Virus record (IMG/VR): IMGVR_UViG_3300031825_000009
Coordinates: 1 to 61,795 of that record
Source of the DNA: a virus
Lineage: Duplodnaviria > Caudoviricetes
Strand: one strand, 5' to 3'
DNA: 61,795 bases
Every line of letters begins with the position of its first letter. The stretch's first letter is position 1. The translations under genes and the position numbers were made by a program. Of the stretch, positions 54,176 to 61,795 are shown in pieces. The notes under the pieces are model-generated. The model was not told where the DNA came from. It saw nothing but the letters and a program-made list of their open reading frames with translations, and did not search any database.

Positions 54176-54953
54176 TGCTGACGCTTCGCACCAGCCCGCC
54201 GCCCGCCGCCCTGGTGCGTCTGCCCGGCGGGGCGATGGTCGCCGTGGTGCCGGCGACGACCGCTGAGCACCACGCCTCGGCCGTCGCCGTCGAGCGCACC
54301 CTGGCGGCGCTGCGCAGGGGCGAAGAGGCGGCCGCAACCGCCGGGCTCGACGGTCCGACAGTCCTCGCCGACGACGACCTCGCGAGCGGCCTCGCGCACC
54401 ACCTCCTCGCCGTCGAGATCGGGGTGCGCTGCATCAAAGGATGGACGGGCATCGGCGACGAGGACGGAGTGCCGGTCACTCCCGGCCGCGATGCGATCCT
54501 CGCGCTCTGCCGGGAGCCGGCCATGGCCAGGGCGATCCTCGACGCGGCGCTCGCACCGCTGCACGGCCGGCGCGACGAGGGAAACGCATCCGCCGCCTCG
54601 CCGAGTGGCGCGGGCGAGGCGGCGGAAGCTACTGCCGAAGCTGCCGGGACGCCGGAGAGCCCTGCGCCGTAGGGCGCCGCGGCGCCGACGGGCGGCTCTG
54701 CCCGGAACGCGAGCACGCACCGACGACCCGGGAGGGCGCTCTCGCGCTCGCGCTCGCCGATCGGAGCGGGCTGTGGCTCCGGGCCGGCATGGCGGGCCTC
54801 ATCGTGGGCCTCGACTGGGGCGCCGCCGCGGCCCTCGCCGCGGCAGAGCCCGACACAGACCGGGAGATGATCGGCCACTGCCTCGCCGAGGCGGAGGCGG
54901 GAATGCTGGCGGGCCTGGCGCTCGCGCGAGAAAGGGGACGAACCGATGGCTGA
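54175..54953 (+). CDS. Tail assembly chaperone G (to 54672) and -1 frameshift product GT (to 54953)
   Basis: Slippery GGGAAAC at 54579-54585; overlapping -1 frame open up to the tape measure gene. Confidence 0.75.
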
Positions 54954-57273
54954 GCGCAGTGGCGGGGCGGTGACCATCCGACTCGCGGTCAAGGATGCCG
55001 AGAAGGTGCGCCAGGCGCTCGCCGGGATGGGCCGCGACGGCGCGAGCGCGTTGAAGCAGCTGGGCGACGCCGCGAAGACGCCGAACCGGGGCCTCGTCGC
55101 GCTCTCGGACGTGATGGGCGAGCTGCGCGGCCGCGCCGAGGGCATGGCGACCTCGCTCGGGCCGGCTGGCCTCGCGCTGTCGCGGCTCGGGCCGGGCGGG
55201 CTCGTCGCCGGCGCGGCGATCTTCGGCACGATCGCCGCGCTCAAGGGCGCCACGGCCTCGCTCATCGAGCTCAAAGGCGAGGCGGCGCGGGCCTCGATCG
55301 ATGTCGAGCCGTTCCAGGAGCTCAAATATGCGGCCGAGCAGTCGCGTGTGTCCGTCGACGCACTCAGCGACGGCGTGAAAGAACTGCAACTGCGCGCCGA
55401 CGAGTTCGTGGTGACCGGCCAGGGGGCCGCCGCCGAAGCCTTCAAGCGGCTCGGCTACTCGGCGGCGGACCTGCGGGCGAAGCTGCGCGACCCGGCGGCG
55501 CTGCTGCAGGAGATCATCGAGCGGGCGAAGGGCCTCGACCGGGCCGCGCAGGTGCGCGTGCTCGACGAGATCTTCGGTGGCACCGCGGCGGAGGAATTCC
55601 AAAAGTTCCTCGCCGCGAGCGCCCGGTCGCTCGCCGAGTTGCGCGACGAGGCGCGGGACGTCGGGGCCGTGCTCGATCGCGAGATCGTCGAACAGGCCTC
55701 GGAGATCGACCGAGCGTTTCAGGACGTATCCGATACCGTCGAACGGACGTTCAAACGCGCCGTCGTCGCGGCCACCGCCGAAGTCAAATATCTCGTCGAC
55801 CTGCTCCGGCCGGTCGAAGCGCGCCCCCTCGCCGCGATAGCCGAACAGATCGAGACGATCGAGGCGGCCATCGCCAAGGCGCGGACCTGGCCGGGCTCGG
55901 AGACGCTGGTCGAGAACTACGAGCAGCAGCTCGCCGGCCTGAAGGCCGAGATGGCGCGCCGGTCGTCGGCCGCCGCCACCGAGATCACCGTCACTGCCGG
56001 CTCGCCCGACCGGCTCGCCGGGCTCGACGACGATTTCCAGACGAAGCTCCGGCAGATGATCGCCGACGCGGCGGCGGAGGGCCTCGAGCTCGGCATCTCG
56101 TCGGGCCTCCGATCGACCGAGCAGCAGGCGCGGCTGTGGGCGGAGGCGCTGCAGAAATACGGTTCGCCGGCGGAAGCGCGCAAGCACGTCGCGCCGCCCG
56201 GCACCTCGAAGCACGAAAAGGGCGAGGCGGCCGACATCACCTTCGGCAGCCATGCCGCGCGCGAGTGGGCCGCCGCGAACGCCGGCGCCTACGGCCTCGG
56301 CTTCCCGGTGGCGACCGAGACGCCGCTCGGCGGCCCGGCGGCGGGGCATACGCATGCGCACATCGAGGAGGTGCGCGGCGACGCGAAGGTGCGCGACGAG
56401 GCGGCCGATGCGGCGAAGCGGCAGGGCGAGGCGATCGCCGGCGTGATGGCCGCGCTGCGCTTCGAGCAGGACCAGCTCGGGAGGACGGCCGAACAGCAGG
56501 AGCTCTATTCGCGGCTGAAGGAGGCGGGTGTCGACCTCTCGTCGGAGGCCGGCCAGGCGATCGCCGCCGAGGTGCGCGCTCTCTACGCCAAGAAAACGGC
56601 GCTCGAGGTTGCGACCGAGGCGCAGAAGAAGGCGGCCGAACAGGCAGAGGCCTTCGCCGAGGTCGCGCGCGACATGGGGCGCGACGCGCTCGGCGGCTTC
56701 CTGCACGACCTGAAGGATGGGGCGAGCGGCGCGGAGGCGTTCGCGAACGTGCTCGACCGGCTTTCCGACCGGCTGCTCGACCTCGGCGTCGATGCGCTGT
56801 TCGCGAAAGACGGGCTCGGTCAGCTGTTCGCGACTGGCGGACAGACGTCCTCGGGCGGCGGCCTTTGGTCGTGGCTCGGCGGTGGCCTCGGCTCGCTCGG
56901 GAGCGGCGGCGGGACGGCGACGGGGGCGCCGCTCAACCTTCTGCCGACGGGGCCGGCCTCGGCCTCGGAGACGCTGGCGGGGATGTCCGACATGGCGCCG
57001 CTGACCAGGATGTCGCCATCGCTTTCGACGAACTCGTCGCCGCCGCGGCCGACGATCGAACGGACCCTCGCCGGCGCCGGCGTGAGGGTCGAGGTGATCG
57101 ACCAACGCTCCGGCGGCGCCGACATCGAGCATCGCGTCGAGCGCGACGCCGACGGGCTCGAGGTGGTGCGGGCGATCGTGCGCGACGGGATCCGGGCCTA
57201 CGACCGCGACGTGCTGCCGAAGCGCATCCCGGGCGTCATGGCCGACGCCCGGCGGAACGGGAAATACCGCTGA
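54946..57273 (+). CDS. Tape measure protein with internal M15-type peptidase domain
   Basis: Ala-rich helical sequence; SGLRS...APPGTSKHEKGEAAD. Confidence 0.82.
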   Translation: MAERSGGAVTIRLAVKDAEKVRQALAGMGRDGASALKQLGDAAKTPNRGLVALSDVMGELRGRAEGMATSLGPAGLALSRLGPGGLVAGAAIFGTIAALKGATASLIELKGEAARASIDVEPFQELKYAAEQSRVSVDALSDGVKELQLRADEFVVTGQGAAAEAFKRLGYSAADLRAKLRDPAALLQEIIERAKGLDRAAQVRVLDEIFGGTAAEEFQKFLAASARSLAELRDEARDVGAVLDREIVEQASEIDRAFQDVSDTVERTFKRAVVAATAEVKYLVDLLRPVEARPLAAIAEQIETIEAAIAKARTWPGSETLVENYEQQLAGLKAEMARRSSAAATEITVTAGSPDRLAGLDDDFQTKLRQMIADAAAEGLELGISSGLRSTEQQARLWAEALQKYGSPAEARKHVAPPGTSKHEKGEAADITFGSHAAREWAAANAGAYGLGFPVATETPLGGPAAGHTHAHIEEVRGDAKVRDEAADAAKRQGEAIAGVMAALRFEQDQLGRTAEQQELYSRLKEAGVDLSSEAGQAIAAEVRALYAKKTALEVATEAQKKAAEQAEAFAEVARDMGRDALGGFLHDLKDGASGAEAFANVLDRLSDRLLDLGVDALFAKDGLGQLFATGGQTSSGGGLWSWLGGGLGSLGSGGGTATGAPLNLLPTGPASASETLAGMSDMAPLTRMSPSLSTNSSPPRPTIERTLAGAGVRVEVIDQRSGGADIEHRVERDADGLEVVRAIVRDGIRAYDRDVLPKRIPGVMADARRNGKYR

Positions 57274-57896
57274 TGGCGGTCACCTATCCGCTCGCCTTCC
57301 CGTCGATCGCGCGGTTCTCGTCGGTGCGCTTCGACCTCGTGCGCACCGACATCGTGACGCGCTTCCGCTCGGGCGACCAGCAGGCCGCCGAGGTGGCCGA
57401 TGCGCTGTGGTCGGCCGACTTCACCTCGGCAAAGCTCATGCCCGGCGACCATGAGGAGTGGAGCGCCTGGTGGGCGAGCCTCAGGGGACGGCTCGGCACC
57501 TTCCTCGCCTTCGACCCGAGCCGCCGGCGGCCGCGGATGCACCCGAACGGCATCGCCGGGTGGAACGGGGTCGGGTCCGTCACCGGACGCGGCGCCTTCG
57601 CGATCGCGGTCGAGGGGGTTCCTTCGACGCTGCAACTGCGGCCCGGCGACTATGTGGGGCTGCAGCAGGGGGCGCGGCGCGGCCTGCACCGCATCCTCGC
57701 CCCGGCGTCGGCCTCGGGCGGCGGGACGATCGCCCTCGACGTCGAGCCGGCGGTTCTGACGAGCGCCTTTCCGGTCGGGGCGACGGCCCGCTTCCACGAC
57801 GCGAGCTGCCTCATGCGGCTCGAGCCGGATTCGATCGAGGCGCCGCGGACGAAGAACCCGCCGCCGGTGCGCTTCCGCGGCCTGCAGGTGCTCTGA
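57273..57896 (+). CDS. Distal tail-like protein
   Basis: WWASLRG...FDP; follows the tape measure gene. Confidence 0.7.
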   Translation: MAVTYPLAFPSIARFSSVRFDLVRTDIVTRFRSGDQQAAEVADALWSADFTSAKLMPGDHEEWSAWWASLRGRLGTFLAFDPSRRRPRMHPNGIAGWNGVGSVTGRGAFAIAVEGVPSTLQLRPGDYVGLQQGARRGLHRILAPASASGGGTIALDVEPAVLTSAFPVGATARFHDASCLMRLEPDSIEAPRTKNPPPVRFRGLQVL

Positions 57897-58519
57897 TGTT
57901 TCAGGTCACGCCGGCCGCCCAAGCGCTGCTCGATGCCGGGACATGGGTGCAGCGCGGCTTCGTGATGTTCGACCTGCCGAGCGGCCAGTACGGCTTCTGG
58001 GACGGGGCCGGCACGCACGTGTACGCCGGCATCGACTTCGTCGGCGGCGCCTCGCTGATCGAGGTCGAGGCGATCGAGGGCGGCACCAGCCTCGCCGCCT
58101 CGTCGCTGGTGCTGCGGCTCCGGTCGATCGCTGACAGCGCGCTCACCCCGGACGTGCTCGCGTCGATCGAAGAGCAATCCTACCGGTTCCGGCCAGTCAC
58201 GTGCTGGATCGGGTTCTTCGACCCGACGACGCTCGACCGGGCGTCGATGGAGGTCGTCTATCGCGGCACGATCGACGACCTCGAGCACGAGGAAGAGGCC
58301 GATGGCTCGGCCTCGCTCAAGGCGACGCTGGCCAGCCGGGCCGTCGACTACGTGAAGAGCGGCACCTCGTTGCGAACGACCGAGGATCAGCAGCGGTTCT
58401 CGCCGGGCGACCGCTTCTTCGAGCACGTGGGCGAAATCGGCCACCAGAAGATCTGGTGGGGGCAGGACAACCCGCACGAGAACCGCGGCCGGCGCCGCCG
58501 CAAGTGGAACGACGACTGA
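57896..58519 (+). CDS. Tail tip/baseplate protein
   Basis: GFWDG, DQQRFSPGDRFF. Confidence 0.7.
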   Translation: MFQVTPAAQALLDAGTWVQRGFVMFDLPSGQYGFWDGAGTHVYAGIDFVGGASLIEVEAIEGGTSLAASSLVLRLRSIADSALTPDVLASIEEQSYRFRPVTCWIGFFDPTTLDRASMEVVYRGTIDDLEHEEEADGSASLKATLASRAVDYVKSGTSLRTTEDQQRFSPGDRFFEHVGEIGHQKIWWGQDNPHENRGRRRRKWNDD

Positions 58520-58926
58520 TGGCACGCCTCGCCGATTGGGATGCGCGGCTGTTCGCGGTCGTCGAGGCGCACCAGAACGCCCCGTTCGCCTGGGGGCGCG
58601 CCGACTGCTTCACCTTCGCCATGGCGTGCGTCGCGGCGGTGACGGGCGGGAACCCCTACGCCGACGAGGCGGGCCGGTGGCGCTCGGCCGCCGGCGCCCG
58701 GCGGCGCCTTCGCGCGCGCGGCTTCGCCTCGATCGAGGCGGCGCTCGCCGCCGTCTTCCCCGAGATCGCGCCGGCGCTCGCGCAGCGCGGCGACCTCGCC
58801 ATCGTGCACGGGGCGCACGAGACGGTGACCGTCTCGCTCGGCGCCCGCTTCGTCTCGCTCGCACCGGCCGGCGGCCTCGCCGGGGTGCGGCTCGACCACG
58901 TCAGCAGGGCCTTCCGGGTCGGATAG
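58519..58926 (+). CDS. NlpC/P60-like tail-associated protein
   Basis: FAWGRADCFTF...AQRGD. Confidence 0.7.
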   Translation: MARLADWDARLFAVVEAHQNAPFAWGRADCFTFAMACVAAVTGGNPYADEAGRWRSAAGARRRLRARGFASIEAALAAVFPEIAPALAQRGDLAIVHGAHETVTVSLGARFVSLAPAGGLAGVRLDHVSRAFRVG

Positions 58927-61795
58927 ATGATGCGCAGGATCCTCCTCGGGCTCGCGGCCCTCGTCGCGGCTGCCCTCGCGGCGACGCCGGCCGACGCCGG
59001 GCCGCTGCTCGCCGTCGCCGTGGCGGCCGCCGGAGCGGCGTTCGGGCTCGGCTCGTTCGGCACGGCGCTCATCGGGATCGGCGCGTCGTTCGGGCTGTCG
59101 CTGCTCGCCGGCATGCTGAAGCCCGACCCGCCGCGGCAGAAGGCGGCGCCGGGCGGCGCGAAGCTCGAGGTGCAGGCCTCCGGCGACGTGCCGCGGCAAT
59201 GGATCTTCGGACGCGCGGCGGTCGCGGGGCACCTCGTCTATCACAACGTCCACGGCAAGGACGAGAAGCACCTGCAGCTCGTCTACGTGCTCGCCGATTG
59301 CGAGTGCGACGGCCTCGCGAACGTGTGGGTGGACGGCGAGAAGAAGGGGCTCTTCGCGCGGGCGAGCGAGGGCGGCGCTCATGCCACCTATGGCATCGGC
59401 GGCTTCCGTCCGGATGCCGACGAGCCCGACATCGTGGTGCGGTTCTTCCGCGGCACGATGGACCAGACGGCCGATACCGAGCTTGTCGCGCATGCGCAGG
59501 AGATCGGCGGCGGCGACACGGCGAAGCGCTGGACCGCGCAGCACCGCGGCCGCGGCGTCTGCTACGTGTCGCTCACCCTCACCTATGACCCGGAGGTGTT
59601 CCCGGGCGGTCTGCCCGAGTTCCTGTGGGAGGTGCGCGGCGCGCGGCTCTACGACCCGCGCAAGGACTCGACCAACGGCGGCAGCGGCCCTCACCGTTGG
59701 AACAATGCGGCGACCTGGGAGTGGACCGAGAACCCGCCGGTCTGCGCGTACAACTACTATCGCGGCTGCTACCGCGGCGACGGCGTGCGCATCGGCGGAA
59801 TGGGCGTGCCCAGCCACGACCTGCCGACGGCCTCGTTCATCGGCGCCGCCAACATCTGCGACGAGGACGTGAACGGGCGGCCGCGCTACGTCTGCTCCGT
59901 CATCACCTCAGAGGAGACCGAGCACCGCGACGCGATCCAGGCGTTCCTCGACGCGATGGCAGGGCAGGCCTACGAGCTCGCCGGCACGTTCTGGATCGAG
60001 GCCGGGGCCGCGCAGAGCGTCGTCGCGACGCTCACGGACGGCGACCTCGTCGTCGGGGCGCCGACCACGTTCTCGTCGATGCTGCCGCGCAGCGAGACGG
60101 CCAACTACGTCACGGGCACGTACCTCGAGCCCGCCAAGGCGTGGTCGATGAACGGCTATGAGCCGTTGCAGGTGGACAGCTGGGAGGCGACGGACGGCGG
60201 CGAGCGGATCGAGATGCAGCTCGACCTGCCGTCGATCCCGAACAAGAAGCAGGCCCGGCGGGTGCGGCTCATCCGCGGCGAGGAAATGCGCTGCCAGGGG
60301 CGCAGGACGGTGACCGTCGGGTGGAAGTGGCTGGCGCTCGCGCCGGGTGATTGGGTGTCGTGGCCGAAGCACGGCATCAACACCTGGAAGATCGAGGGCC
60401 GGACGCTCAATCTGGCGGACCTCACGATCTCGCTCCGGCTCCGGGAGATCAGGGCCTCGGTCTACAACGGCGCGGTCGACGACGAGCCGGACGTCGTCGT
60501 CATTCCGCCCTTCGTGCCGACGCTGCCGATGACGGTCACCGGACTCACAGTGCAGGCCGGCCTGGTGGAGCGCACCGAGCCGCGCCAGAAGCTGCCGTGC
60601 CTCATCGTGAGATGGGACGAGATCACCGACCGGCGGGTGACGTCGGTCCCGGTCGAGGTGCGGGTGATCGGCGAGACCGAGGCCGAGCGCTTCGAGCAGA
60701 CGGACCCTAGCAAGGGGCGGCTCAAGATCACCCGCGGCATCCTGGCGGGCCAGGATTACGAGGTGCGCGCCACCATCACGACCCGGCCGGGGCGGCCGAC
60801 GACCTGGACCGGCTGGGTGTCGGTGACGACGGGCGAGGACTTCGTGGTGCCGCGCGCGCGGGACTCCGACATCGCCGACCTCGCCAAGCGACTCTATGAC
60901 GAGGCGATCGACCTCGACCAGCTCGACAAGGAGATCAAGGGGTTCCTGCGCGACATCGCCAATCTCGGCGCGCTCCTGTCCGACGTGCGGCGGGCGCCGG
61001 CGGTGCCGGGCTGGCCGGAAGGGCACGGCACGCGCGACAGCGTCGCGGCGCTGTTCCCCTTCCTCAACCCGCGCGACCTCATCGAGAGCCTCGGCGAGGC
61101 GGCGCTCGTCAACCAGGTGCAGATCTACGAAGAGGGGGTGAAGCGCGAGCAGCGGTTCGCCTCGGCCACGCGGGCGCTCTCGACACAGATCGTCGAGGAG
61201 GGCCGCATCCGGGCGCAGGAGGTGCTGCAGCTCGTCGCGCAGTACGACGGCGCGGCGGCGCAGATCGTGCAGATCTCGACGGCGCTCGCGTCGCTCGACG
61301 AAGCCTATGCGCAGCAGTTCACCGCGCTCACGGCCGAGATCGCCGCCGCGGCCGCGCAGATCATCATCGTCAACACCGCGCGGGTCGATGGCGACGAGGC
61401 GCTCGCGCAGCAGCTGCAGGAGCTTTCGGCCGCGTTCGGCGGCAACCTCGCTCTCATCAACACCGAGCTCACCGCCACCGTGAACGAGCTTCGGGCGACG
61501 GCGGACGCGCTCACGGCGCTCACCGCCGACTTCGGCGACTTCTCGGCGAGCGCCTCGACGCAACTCTCGACGCTCGCCTCGAAGGTCGAGAGCTACGCGG
61601 CGAGCCTCACGACGCTCACGGCGAGCGTCGGACGCAAGGTCTACGTGCAGCAGACGCCGCCGCCCGGTGGCGACTACGCCGTCGGCGACCTGTGGATACG
61701 CTCCGGCGACCTCGCGAAGTTCCGGTGGACCGGAACGCAATGGGTGGCGGCGACGGCCGGGTGGCTCGCGGCCAACGCCTCGTCGGTGCAGATCG
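58927..61795 (+). CDS. Central tail tip / host-specificity protein (gpJ-like), partial
   Basis: In frame wherever spot-checked; VRGARLYDPRKDS, WEWTENP motifs; C-terminal coiled coil. Confidence 0.8.
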   Translation, partial: MMRRILLGLAALVAAALAATPADAGPLLAVAVAAAGAAFGLGSFGTALIGIGASFGLSLLAGMLKPDPPRQKAAPGGAKLEVQASGDVPRQWIFGRAAVAGHLVYHNVHGKDEKHLQLVYVLADCECDGLANVWVDGEKKGLFARASEGGAHATYGIGGFRPDADEPDIVVRFFRGTMDQTADTELVAHAQEIGGGDTAKRWTAQHRGRGVCYVSLTLTYDPEVFPGGLPEFLWEVRGARLYDPRKDSTNGGSGPHRWNNAATWEWTENPPVCAYNYYRGCYRGDGVRIGGMGVPSHDLPTASFIGAANICDEDVNGRPRYVCSVITSEETEHRDAIQAFLDAMAGQAYELAGTFWIEAGAAQSVVATLTDGDLVVGAPTTFSSMLPRSETANYVTGTYLEPAKAWSMNGYEPLQVDSWEATDGGERIEMQLDLPSIPNKKQARRVRLIRGEEMRCQGRRTVTVGWKWLALAPGDWVSWPKHGINTWKIEGRTLNLADLTISLRLREIRASVYNGAVDDEPDVVVIPPFVPTLPMTVTGLTVQAGLVERTEPRQKLPCLIVRWDEITDRRVTSVPVEVRVIGETEAERFEQTDPSKGRLKITRGILAGQDYEVRATITTRPGRPTTWTGWVSVTTGEDFVVPRARDSDIADLAKRLYDEAIDLDQLDKEIKGFLRDIANLGALLSDVRRAPAVPGWPEGHGTRDSVAALFPFLNPRDLIESLGEAALVNQVQIYEEGVKREQRFASATRALSTQIVEEGRIRAQEVLQLVAQYDGAAAQIVQISTALASLDEAYAQQFTALTAEIAAAAAQIIIVNTARVDGDEALAQQLQELSAAFGGNLALINTELTATVNELRATADALTALTADFGDFSASASTQLSTLASKVESYAASLTTLTASVGRKVYVQQTPPPGGDYAVGDLWIRSGDLAKFRWTGTQWVAATAGWLAANASSVQI

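Larger units (their letters stand above)
24683..61795. mobile_element. Lambda-like temperate prophage, continues beyond window end
   Basis: int/xis, cI-cro switch with operators, replication genes, cos, lambda-type terminase/portal/S49/gpD/gpE and tail genes. Confidence 0.93.

Noticed and set aside
1-61795. Diversity-generating retroelement, retron or intron
   Set aside because: No reverse transcriptase motif or template/variable repeat pair was noticed in the window

Overview
High-GC, probably Hyphomicrobiales-type (inference) chromosomal window made almost entirely of two prophages flanking one tRNA-Cys(GCA) gene (24504-24577, minus strand). Left (1-~24500, minus strand) is an integrated T7-like (Autographiviridae) phage: RNA polymerase next to the tRNA 3' end, then SSB, endonuclease I, primase/helicase, DNA polymerase, exonuclease, portal, scaffold, lysin/holin, capsid and tail tubular A/B. 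Right (~24680 to the end) is a lambda-like temperate phage: integrase/excisionase, early left operon, OL/OR operators, cI/cro/cII-like genes, an IS630-disrupted moron region, C5 methyltransferase, hicAB, primase/D5 helicase with iterons, NusG-like antiterminator, lambda-type cos, head and tail genes. Two signals stand out. (1) Core replication genes of the T7-like prophage appear to start at non-canonical codons (ATA/ACG/ATC/CTG), mostly behind plausible Shine-Dalgarno sites, which suggests a translational lock. (2) In the lambda-like phage, antisense AT-rich cargo genes are overlaid by long sense-strand ORFs translationally coupled at both ends, which may act as bridges preserving operon translation. 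All calls are from manual reading; no database searches were run.
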